Positions 15,453-25,939 of a DNA stretch of 64,000 nt are shown one piece after another. This DNA comes from Squalus acanthias (lineage: Eukaryota): the NCBI GenBank assembly GCA_030390025.1, contig CM059432.1:29328001-29392000 (forward strand), written 5' to 3'. The notes beneath the pieces are model-generated. The model did no database searches. It was not told the origin of the DNA and saw only the letters and a list, made by a program, of their open reading frames with translations. Numbering within the stretch: the stretch's first letter is position 1; every line of letters begins with the position of its first letter. A program made the position numbers and the translations under genes.

Positions 15453-16141
15453 GGTATTGGTGAGACCGCACCTGGAGTACTGCATACAGTTTTGGTGTCC
15501 ATACTTAAGAAAAGACATACTTGCTCTCGAGGCAGTACAAAGAAGGTTCACTCGGTTAATTCCGGGGATGAGGGAGTGGACATACGAGGAGAGATTGAGT
15601 AGATTGGGACTCTACTCATTGGAGTTCAGAAGAATGAGAGGCGATCTTATTGAAACATATAAGATTGTGAAGGGGCTTGATCGGGTGGGCGTGGTGAGGA
15701 TGTTCCCAATGATGGGTGAAACTAGAACTAGGGGACATAATCTTAGAATAAGGGGCTCCTCTTTCAAAACTGAGATGAGGAGAAACTTTTTCACTCAGAG
15801 GGTAGTGGGTCTGTGGAATTTGCTACCCCAGGAAGCTGTGGAAGCTACTTCATTAAATAAATTTAAAACAGAAATAGACCGTTTCCTAGAAGTAAAGGGA
15901 ATCAGGGGTTACGGGGAGCGGGCTGGAAATTGGACATGAGTTTGAGTTCGGATCGGTCAAGGCCCTGTGGGTGGTGGAGCGGGCCCAGGGACTGAGTGGC
16001 CTGGTCCTTCTCCTGCTTCTTGTGTTCTTTAGAGTTGAGGTTGGACCAGATCAGCCATGATCTCATTGAATGGCGGAGCAGGCTCGAGGGGCCGATTGGT
16101 CTACTCCTGCTCCTATTTCTTATGTTCTTATGATCTTATGT
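15453..16141 (+). mobile_element. CR1 LINE 3' fragment, copy 3
   Basis: Apparently identical to copy 1 at offset 15237, including the flanking satellite variants. Confidence 0.93.
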
Positions 16142-19100
16142 AATGTTCAAAATATGATCTCTCAATGTTCAAAATAACATCTCTCAATGTTCAAAATATT
16201 GACTTTAAATGGTCAAAATATCAACCCTTAATGTTCACAATATCATCTCTCAATGTTGAAAATATCATCTCTCAATGTTCAAAATATCACATCTCAATGT
16301 TCACAATATCATCTCTCAATGTTCAAAATATCATCTCTCAATTTTGAAAATATCATCTTTAAACGGTCAAAATATCATCTCTTAATGTTCACAATATCAT
16401 CTCTCAATGTTGAAAATATCATCTCTCAATGTTCAAAATATAATCTCTCAATGTTCAAAATATCATAAATGTTCAAAATATCATCAATGTTAAAAATATC
16501 ATCTTTAAAATTTCACAATATCATCTCTCAATGTTCAAAATATCATCAATCTTCAAAATGCCATCTCGCAAGGTTCAAAATATCATCAATGTACAAAATA
16601 TCATCTGTCAATGTTCAAAATATCATCAATGATCAAAATATCATCATTGTTCAAAATATCATCACTCTGTTCAAAATATCATCTCTCAATGTTCAAAACA
16701 TCATCTCTCAAAGTTCACAATATCATCTCTCAATGTTCAAAATGTGATCTCTCTGTTCAAAATGTCATCTCTCAATGTTCAAAATATCATCTCTCAATGT
16801 TCAAAATATCATCACTCAATCTTCAAAATATCATCTCTCAATCTGTTAAAACTCTCATCTTTCAATCTGTTCAAAATCTCAGAACTCAATATTCAAAATA
16901 ACATCACTCAATGTTCAAAATATCATCTCTCAATGTTCAAAATATCATCAATGAGGAAAATATCATCAATGTTCAAAATAACATCTCTCAATGTTCAAAA
17001 TATCACCAATGTTCAAAATATCATCTATCAATGTTCAAAATGTCATCTCTCAATGTTCAAAATATCCTCAATGAGCAAATTATCATCGCTCAATGTTCAC
17101 AATATCATCAATTTTCCAAATATCATATCTCAATGTTCAAAATATCATCAAAGTTCAAAATATCATCTCTCCATGTTCAAAATATCATCACTCAATGTTC
17201 ACAATATCATCTCTCAATGTTCAAAATATCATCTCTTAATGTTCACATCATCACTCAATGTACAAAATATCATCTCTCAATGTTCAAAATATCATCTCTC
17301 AATGTTCAAAATATCAACTCTCAATGTTCAATATGTGATCTCTCAATTTTCAAAATATCATCTCTCAATGTTCAAAATATCATCTGTCAATGTTCACAAT
17401 ATCATTTCTCAATGTTCAAAATATCATCAATGTTCAAAATATCATCACTCAATGTTCAAAATATCATTTCTCAATGTTCAAAATATCAGCAATGTTAAAA
17501 ATATCATCACTCTGTTCAAAATATCATCTCTCAATGTTCAAAATATCATCTCTCAATGTTCAAAATATCATCTCTCAATGTTGAAAACATCATCTCTCAA
17601 TGTTCAAAACATCATCTCTCAAAGTTCAAAATATCATCTCTCAATGTACAAAATATCATCTCTCAATGTTAAAAATATCATCAATGTTCCAAATATCATC
17701 TCTCAATGTTCAAAATATCATCTCTTAATGTTCACAATATAACTTCACAATATTGATAATATCATCTCTCAATGTTCAAAGTATCATCTCTCAATGTTCA
17801 AAATATCATCTCTCAATGTTCAAAATATCATCAATGTTCTAAATATCATCTCGCAATGTTCAAAATATCATCCATGTTCAAAATATCATCTCGCAATGTT
17901 TGAAATATCATATCTCAATGTTCACAATATCTTCTCTCAATGTTCAAAATATCATCAAAGTTCAAAATGCCATCTCCCAATGTTGAAAATATCAATGTTC
18001 AAAATGCCATCTTGCAATGTTCCAAATATCATCAATGTTCAAAATATTATCTCTCAATGTTCAAAATATCATCAATGTTCAAAATATCATATCTCAATGT
18101 TCAAAATATCAGCAATGTTCAAAATATCATCTCTCAATGTTCAAAATGTGATCTCTCAATTTTCAAAATATCATCACTCAATGTTCAAAATATCATCTCT
18201 CAATTTTCAAAATATCATCTCTCAATGTTCAAAATATTATCACTCAATGTTCAAAATATCATCTTTAAATGGTCAAAATATCATCTCTTAATGTACACAA
18301 CATCATTTCTCAATGTTGAAAATATCATCTCTCAATGTTCAAAATATTATCTCTCCATGTTCAAAATATCTTCTCTCAATGTTCACAACATCATCTCTCA
18401 ATGTTCAAAATGTGAGCTCGCAATTTTCAAAATATCATCTCTCAATGTTGAAAATATCATCTCTCAATGTTCAAAATGCCATCTCGCAATGTTGAAAATA
18501 TCAATGTTCAAAATGCCATCTCGCAATGTTCAAAATATCATCAATGTTCAAAATATCATCTCTCAATGTTCAAAATATCACCTCTCATCGTTCAAAATAT
18601 CCTCAATGTTGTAAATATCATCAATGTTCAAAATATCCTCAAAGTTCAAAATATCATCTCTCAATGTTCAAAATATTATCACTCAAGGTTCAAAATATCA
18701 TCTCTCAATGTTCACAGTATCATCTCTCAATGTTCAAAATATCATCTGTAGAATTCGCAAAATTATCGCGATTTTATAAAAATAAGAAGGAGACATAAAG
18801 TTTCGTATAAACAGCTTTATTTCAGCAGAATGCTGTCAGTTTTCAAAACGGACACAAACAGCCTGTAAAATGTCCGCCACGCCTCGTGGCAGAAAGTTCT
18901 AGACTTTCAGTAGGCAGACAAGATGGCGTTTCAATAAACATTTCAGCAAGATCGGACAGGACTCAGCACATTTGAGATAATGACAAGACATGATGGGTTT
19001 GCATTTTAAACATAAATACTGGAATCGGTCTTCCAGGTGCAAACAAGGGCTATTGTACTGAGCGATCAAGGACCCATCCAAAGACATTAATATGCAAAAT

Positions 19101-19319
19101 CCCCACGGCTCTACGATGAGAGAGCCGTTCGCGGGTACTCACAGCAAGCATTTGGAAGCTCCAAAACCCCTCCAGGGAGACTACTAGCCGGTTCCACAAT
19201 GGGAGAAATATTAACGGGTACTCAGACAGTTACAAGTGTCACCGAAACCCATTAAAGACTGAGATCACCCCATACAAGAAGTTTTGAGCGCCAAAACCTG
19301 ACAAAAGATAGACATTAAG

Positions 19320-19390
19320 ATTGGGCGGGAAAATAGAAATTACAGCACTATAACTGTAAAGTACAACCGTCCATCTCTCTCTTGCTACTC
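19320..19390 (+). promoter_or_regulatory. Candidate LTR core promoter
   Basis: Inverted CCAAT (ATTGG 19320-19324), GC box (GGGCGG 19323-19328), TATA-like TATAAC at 19349 and a CT-rich tract ~25 bp later. A second TATAA lies at ~19661, so the assignment is ambiguous. Confidence 0.3.
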
Positions 19391-19570
19391 TGACTCGCAG
19401 GAAGGCTGCTGAACTCTTATTCTTTTGCCTGACGACTCTGGACTCTGATCCGCTAGGATCAACCTCGTGGCTTGCCGTGAAGATCTGTGGAGAACTGGGC
19501 TGTGAGGCCTGGAGGCAGGCGCACCATCCCGAGGAGTCGGTAAATGGTGTTGGAACCGAAGGCCCGAGAG

Positions 19571-19605
19571 GAGATGAGATGAGATGAAATGAGATGAGAT
19601 GAGAT
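19571..19605. repeat. (GAGAT)n microsatellite inside the LTR
   Basis: Seven units (one GAAAT) in the 5' LTR versus five in the 3' LTR at ~27218-27242. Confidence 0.9.
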
Positions 19606-20392
19606 GAGAAGAAGACTACACATGTCGCCGCGGTTAGTAAGCCCCGACCGCGCCTAAAAATATAAGGACAATTTTCGAATTCTATCGGCTACTCCACAAC
19701 TGGCCCGAGAAGACTATTCTTCGAGTTCTACCGACAACTGGTGTAGGACACAGGAAGACTCTTTTTTTTGAGTAGTATCAGAACTCCGAGGGCAACACAG
19801 ATCTTCATGACAGCAGACGGTCCAGCCTGCTAGCCGGAGCAGAAGTGAGTAAACAAGTGGGGTACAGAGACCCCTGATCAACACGTGGATAGTCAGGTGC
19901 TGCGGTAAAAACATCCGAGCAGAGTTTCGGAATTCTCCGAGTTATCACGAGTGGTGAGCATGAGTCTCGATCCTACAAATCTAGATTAGGACAGGTATTG
20001 ATAGGGGAGGGTTTTATGTTTTAAGGATAATTATAATGTGTGTCCCCTTTTACGATGTGTCGTGCGCTCCTCGTTTCCCTAAACCTAGTTGCATAAATGT
20101 ATGTAAGTTTGTACTGTCATTAATCTGTGCTTATGACATGTATTTCGTAATCTTGAATAATATGCAATAAAGATTTTCCATTTCGCACTATTCAACCGGG
20201 TCTATCTGAGTTTTCTCTGCATTATTGCTCTCGCACCTAAGTCCAGTGTCAGAACCGTAAGGGCGAGTGGGTCGAACCACTCACAGGTGTCTAGTGTTAC
20301 CAGGCTGGCTGGAGACCAGAACAGGCAACAAGGCCTAACCCCGCACTAACACTCAGGCTAAGCACAGAGCCACACGTCACCCCTTACAGATA

Positions 20393-22218
20393 ATGGCGAC
20401 CACAAAGGGACACTGGCAGCGAGAAAATAATGTGTTAGACCCTGGTATGAATGGGCGAAATGTTATGGAAGAGAGAATAGCCGATTATGTTTTTGGAAAA
20501 GTGAATTTGACTAAGAGATGGATAAGTGACCTGCTGGTGGATAAGCGTCCACTAGAGGCAGCCGTGAGGTGGACAGGCAGCAAGGAACATAAAAAAACTG
20601 TAGAGAAAGCGGTCTGGCTGATGTGCTATAAAAGACAAGTCCAGCTTTCGGACCAGGTCATTACAGCGCAGGCAGCTCAGATCAAGGGTTTAGAGGTGGA
20701 AATGGACGAGAAGGTCGCAGGGGGGGCAGCAGCTCATCGCGTCTTTAAATGCGTTGCATCAAGAATGCCAGTTAGTGCCCAACCACTATGAGGCGAAAAT
20801 AGATTACCTCGAGTGCCAGGTCACTGAGGCAAAGTTAAATGAGGGCAGAATAAGGGAACGATGTGCCCGCCTAGCTGCTCAAATAAAAGCCCAGGAAGAG
20901 AGCTTAACGGGGGTTAGGGCGGCATATAAGATGGCCCTCGAGGATAAACATGAGGGGGCCGATCACAGCGTCTGCCAAAGAGAGATAGGGAACCTTAAAG
21001 AGGCCCTGAATAAAGCGCACGGCATGGTGTGCCTTATCAGCCCGTCAGCACACCAGCCGCCGGTGGGTGGGGAATTTCAAAAATCCCTACCGAACAAAGC
21101 AGAGGAGGTATTTGCCACTGTGCCCTCCGCGCCACCCAGCTATTCGGCAACCTGGATAAGGGAGGAAGTGGTAGAAGTAGAGGAAGAGGTCCCCGAGGTA
21201 GTACAGCCCCCTGAAGTAGTAGCGAAGCCGGGACCGTTGTGTCCGGTCACGGGTATCAAAAGGGGCCCGGCCGGAGAAAATGGGGAAGCGGGGAATCTCC
21301 TCAACCAACTTGTGTTGCCTCACAGCTCACACCAGCTGAGGGCTATGATCAGTCACGTACGGAAGCTGGTCCGAGTCAGACGACCCTTCCGTACATTTCA
21401 GGGAGGTAGAGCAGACCGCAGCCATTAACGGCTGCGACGATGGGGAAAAGGCTAGAATGCTGCTGTTCTCCTTAGACAGCTCGATCCTCCAGTGTCTCTC
21501 AGACGCGAGTAAAAGGGGTGATAAGACCTATGAGGAGTTAAGAGATGAGGTCCTAGAAGTGTTGGGGGCGGACGACGAAGGTCCGTTTGTGAGATTGGGA
21601 CAGACTATGCAGATGGAGGGAGAACCCCCGAAGGTTTTCGCCGACAGGCTGTGGCCTGTCTATCAGCGTAGCTGCCCAGGTGCGCCAGCGCGCGACGATC
21701 TGGACGGTGTCGGTTTAGCTCATTGGCTCAGATGTATAGTAGCCAACAGCTTGCCAGCCGTGAGGGAGCAGGCCAAAGCGTGGTTTGATCCCACTAACCC
21801 CGCCAAAACAGAGGAGTCGGTCCTAAATCGACTCACGGTCGGGTACCGTAATACCAGGAGTACGGGAGCACGTCCCCTTAAGGGAAAGGTGCATGAGGCG
21901 CGGCCCACAGCCCCGGCTCAAAAGGAGTGGCATCAGGAGGGAAATCGCGTCCCACAGGCCAGTAATGCTTGTTTCGGATGCGGAAAGACAGGGCACTGGC
22001 GCAAGAACTGCAGGAATCCTTGGAAGGAGTCCAGGGATAAAAATCCCGCAGTCCAAGCCCAGGCGCCTGTCTCTGATAGGGGAGCTGGTGTGCCTATCCA
22101 TCCCGATGCGATCGAATCAATGTTGGGAGCCATGCGCACCCTCATGATTTCGCAAGGAAGGGTGGCAGTCGCTACCGGCCCCGCAGATGCCGCAGCCCCG
22201 TCCAACAGTACCCAATGA
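20393..22218 (+). pseudogene. gag: Gag-like polyprotein (~580-607 aa), broken by two single-base insertions
   Basis: ORFs 20393-20791, 20754-21428 and 21457-22218 join if one G is removed in the G7 run (20720-20726) and one at ~21369. Features: N-terminal coiled coil, PSAPPSY (21123-21143), capsid-like DPSVHFREVE...EKARMLL and MHR-like QMEGEPPKVFADRL, and CFGCGKTGHWRKNC (21970-22011). The true start may be ATG 20447 or 20465 because 20393 overlaps the PBS. Confidence 0.88.
20394..20411 (+). promoter_or_regulatory. Primer-binding site, tRNA-Arg type
   Basis: TGGCGACCACAAAGGGAC lies 5 nt after the LTR. It matches the complement of the vertebrate tRNA-Arg(TCG) 3' end (TGGCGACCACGAAGGGAC, recalled from memory) at 17/18 positions. 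Confidence 0.8.
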
Positions 22219-22222
22219 CTAG
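22213..22222 (+). promoter_or_regulatory. Putative stop-codon readthrough signal CAA-TGA-CTAG
   Basis: The Gag stop TGA (22216-22218) is followed by CTAG, an established leaky-stop context, and by 231 in-frame sense codons. Confidence 0.75.
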
Positions 22223-23297
22223 AGCCCGCGCAGCCTGCCTACCTGTGTCCCTTTAAAAGACATGCACAGGAGGGGGTCTCCTGTAAGGAGGCCAGGTTAA
22301 AAGAGCAGGCCTTACGGGAGGAGAACGCCCGCTTAATGGGGAAAATAGATGGGCTAGAAGCGCAGCTTAGAGACATAAAAGCAGCCTACAGGGTAGCCAG
22401 GAGCAGGGAGTATGAGGATTTAAAACAGAATAGAAATCTGCAGCCTCCAGCAGGTGAGATTTCACAGAATGCACAAGCAGGGGCGGTGGCCTGTGTTAGG
22501 GGAGGGGCCAAACCTGCGAGTGGGGACTCGCAGCCCCGGGTAGGCCCACAGGGCACACAGGCAGGCAAAGCAGCTTGCATCAGGGGAGAGGACATCCTAG
22601 CAAAATGTAGGATCCTTTATTTGGGTTGGGAGTCAGATGAGGAAGAGTTCGAGGAGCTCGACCAAGATAGTGACACAAGCGAAGAGGAGCTGGAATCGGA
22701 GGACGAAAGGGTCGCCCCCGATTCAGGTAAAGGGGAGACAGGGGCTGCAGATAGAGATCCACACAGGGTGGAAGCCGAAGCTGCAGGTCCCGAACGCAGG
22801 GGGGCGGAGCTAGGCGAGGCGGAGCCAGCCGCTGTGGTGGGACCACAGGGCGTGGCGATGGAAGCCTCAGAGCCCGAGCCGCCCGCCTTGAACGTCTTGC
22901 CTCGAATGAGGTAGGGACTGCAAGTGAAGGGCCGCCTACTGGGCCAAGTAGGGCGGTGCCACAAGCTGCAGATCCCGAGTTCAGGGAGGCGGAGTCAGGG
23001 GAGGCGGAGCCAGCGACTGTGGTGGGACCACAGGTCGCCACGGTGGAAGTCTCGGAACCCGGTCCGTCAGTCCTGGAGTTCCTGCCCCCGGTAGTTCCCC
23101 GTAGGTCAAGTCGGAAACCCCAGCCCAGAAAGATGTGGGTAAGTCCCCCGTATGTCCCTAGGCATAGGTCCAGGGCTAAGGCAGCCCAGGGAGAGCCCAG
23201 TCACAGCGCAGCAGCAACAGGCTGCGGCAGACCAAAGGGAGGGGTCAATGCCCTCCCACCATTGGGAGAAGCCTGCGGCAGCAACCGCAGAATTTGA
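22219..23297 (+). CDS. Gag-frame extension in the pol position (coiled coil, acidic/Pro-rich repeats, basic tail); one frameshift at ~22900
   Basis: Open in the gag frame from 22219 to 22914. A -1 shift near 22900 continues into the frame of ORF 22956-23297, which carries the second copy of the same peptide repeat. No protease, RT, RNase H or integrase motif seen. Confidence 0.6.
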
Positions 23298-23587
23298 GTA
23301 GGCCGCCCTGGGAACGGGCGGCACTGTACAGTTATAAGATAAGTGATAAGTTTATAAGTTTATAAGTTCAAGTTTATAGTTTTAAATCAGGTTAAGTTTG
23401 TAGTTTAATTTTAACAGAAAATGGTAAAATGATGGGAGTTTTAGAGATAGGAATAGTTAAAGTCTATCCAGCGCACATGTCTTCTTACGTGAGGCGAGGT
23501 CAGGGGACCCGCTCACCCTTCACAAAAGCCAGAGACTCTTGGGAGGCTGGCTACCTCATTCTATCTGATCACAGGAACCAAGGAAGG

Positions 23588-25939
23588 ATGGAACGGATTC
23601 TGGTAGTGCTCGCGGCAATCGGATGTGGACTGGCCTATCGAGGCCGCACCAAGGATGTCGTGGTGTTTGGATGCTCCGGGGACACGGCCCCCATCACGGT
23701 GGATGGGACCGGAAGGCGAGAGGCTGAGGAGACCGCCACCTACTTCCACAAGGGAAGGTGGCCAGGATGGCTGGGAACGAATTCAACTGAATATTCCAGT
23801 ACATCGGGATTTGCCTATAAAGAGACTTCTTTAATGTGCCCCAAAGTGAGGATCATCGCACCCAGAGTCAGCGTCACCGTCGGCAAATGGATTTGTTTGA
23901 CTTGTAATGGGAATGTCCCATTGAGCCGATGGTGGTGGCTACGAAAGCTGAGCAAAAACATGAGGAACTCTTCGGTCGAGTGGGAGCGACTGGGTAATAA
24001 TACCCATCGGACAATTACGGGGACTTACGGACAATTGAGAGTCTGTTGGGACAAATGGTGGGAACCGGATGAGGGAATTTATGTATGTATGTGGGGGTCA
24101 AAGCACGTTTGCCCCAAAGGCATCTCCATATTTTTCATCAATCAGTGGCAGGATAATGGGAAAGGGATGAGGTGGGATGCAAGCACCAGGGGGTGCGGGG
24201 CTCCATACTCTCTGATCCCGGTAAATGCCACTGAACTCATTACGCGCCCACGCAAGGCCCCACCCACAATTCCGGTGGTTCTAGCTAAGGAAGAAGGGTG
24301 CCCAAAAAGCAGTAAGGGACCCGGGAATGGTTTGGTACTGGTCCCTACAGACCAGCTATTATTTCAGGGGGTACATTATGCGGTGGCCTCAGTGATTTTA
24401 AACCTCACCGAGGTGCGGTTGCCGGAGTGGTGCCCCAAAGAGACGGAACGGTTATATCAGGTCCTGTTGACCAAGATGTTTAGGCAATTTTATGAGTTCG
24501 ATTTCGCGGAAATTGATAAAACAAGTTTGTACACCGCACCACATGAAGTTTTGGGTCAGGTGGGGAGACAAAGAAGGGGTGTTGTGAACGACATGTTCAC
24601 TGCTTTCAATACAGGTACATCTGTGGTCAACGCTCTAGACAGCGTGGAGCTGCAGACCCAGATTAATGGTTTGAAAACTTAATTAAAGGATATTCTTACA
24701 GACGAAAATAAGGTGGTTGGGTCTGGGTTACATGAGGACCAGGCCATGACTCTCCATTTAAAAGAAATCATAGCTGAACTAGAGAAACATGCGCGTACGG
24801 TAAATGCCCTGATCAGGGAAGATCGGAATGCGTCCGATCAGGCTGTGCAGAATGAGGTGTGCGTGCTTTATGGGGCGTGGTTACTGGGCGAGGGCCGCAG
24901 TAATTTGGAGGATTTAAAACAAGGTTTGGTCCCGTCCTGGATAAGTAACAAACACCTGCAGGCGCTCCACCCTTTTCAGAACGCATTAAGTCCGTGCCAG
25001 CTCAGGCTAGCTTCAGAAGCATACCCAGTCCCCGTGGACTGCGGACGATCAAACCACACCATTATGGGTGTAGTTTTACGTATGCCGGTTTTGGGCGACA
25101 CAGCAAAGCCCGCCCCGGTATATCGGGTAGAGAACATTGGTGTCATTCAGGGGGGAGCCCACATTCGCTATGCAGCGGTTCCACCTTACGTCATCCGCTG
25201 GGAGCAAACGATGACAGGTACAGATCTCTCTGGTTGTCGTAGCTGGGGAGCACACATAATCCTGTGTCCCCAGCACTTGAATGCCTTTTTAACACCACAG
25301 TGCGGGTTCAGAACGGCTGGCGCCAAGCCCATGAATTGCACCATGGAGGCAATGGCACAAGATCATGTGCCTCTGCAGGTAGCATACATCGGGGGTGGAA
25401 CATATTGTGTTACCACTGCAGCGCAACACTACCAGCATGGAAACCGGAGCCGGTGTCCGGTGAGTGACAGCAGTTTTTGTTTTAAACCCAGGGCTGAAGT
25501 TCAAGTGGCACAGCAGCGAATTGTCCCGATCCCTGAACCATCCACTGTTCATCTTACAGTAAAAGAGAACTTCACCGACTTGCAGCGATTCGTCGCGCAT
25601 TTCGGATACCTCATTCCCCCTCTCCCTGAACACCTCACCAAGCTTTTGAAAGCCGTCGCGGTATCGCAAAAACATTTTTACACCCTAGAACAAAAGACTG
25701 TCGAGATAGGGACAGAAATTCTAGACATAGTAATTCCACCGTGGTGGGATCTGTTCACCAACATTGAAGTGCCTTCCTGGATTAGAATAGCCTCCCACAT
25801 TTTAGTTGTATGCCAAGTGTTTATTGTGATATACTTATTGGTCGTGCATTGTAAGAGAGGCAAACGCCTCACCAAGAACGAAAACACGGGAGAGTGGCGA
25901 GAGCGTTACGTGCGCGTGCACGAAGAAAGCACCGCGTAA
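23588..25939 (+). pseudogene. env: Env-like class I fusion glycoprotein (783 codons) with one in-frame stop (TAA 24680-24682)
   Basis: ATG in AGGATGG context 14 nt after an acceptor-like pyrimidine tract/CAG (23574). Signal peptide MERILVVLAAIGCGLA, furin site RQRR (24566-24577), fusion-peptide-like GVVNDMFTAFNTG, heptad region, Cys-rich core, about ten N-glycosylation sequons, Trp-rich membrane-proximal region, TM helix (~25787-25851) and a YVRV tail. ORFs 23429-24682 and 24713-25939 share a frame. Confidence 0.88.

Larger units (their letters stand above)
1..18746. repeat. Satellite DNA array, left part: 22-bp monomer AATGTTCAAAATATCATCTCTC with 18-bp (AATGTTCAAAATATCATC) and ~25-bp variants, in kb-scale duplicated blocks
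   Basis: Continuous tandem repetition of the monomer. Identical ORF-track translations recur at fixed offsets (15237, 12717, 4061, 512). Interrupted only by three CR1 fragments. Confidence 0.97.
18747..20388 (+). repeat. 5' LTR (1642 bp)
   Basis: Starts TGTAGAATTC and ends CCCCTTACA. Direct repeat of 26394-28024. AATAAA at 20166-20171. Confidence 0.96.

Noticed and set aside
18899..19914. Short antisense ORFs in the LTR (62 and 66 aa, repeated in the 3' LTR)
   Set aside because: Non-ATG starts and no motifs. They recur only because the LTR is duplicated, and one is frameshifted between the LTRs.
23429..23587. Upstream ATG as env start
   Set aside because: The signal peptide, Kozak context and adjacent splice-acceptor-like site all point to ATG 23588.
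22219..23587. Cryptic pol gene
   Set aside because: No D(T/S)G protease, YxDD, RNase H or HHCC/DDE motifs in the translated frames, and the region is too short.
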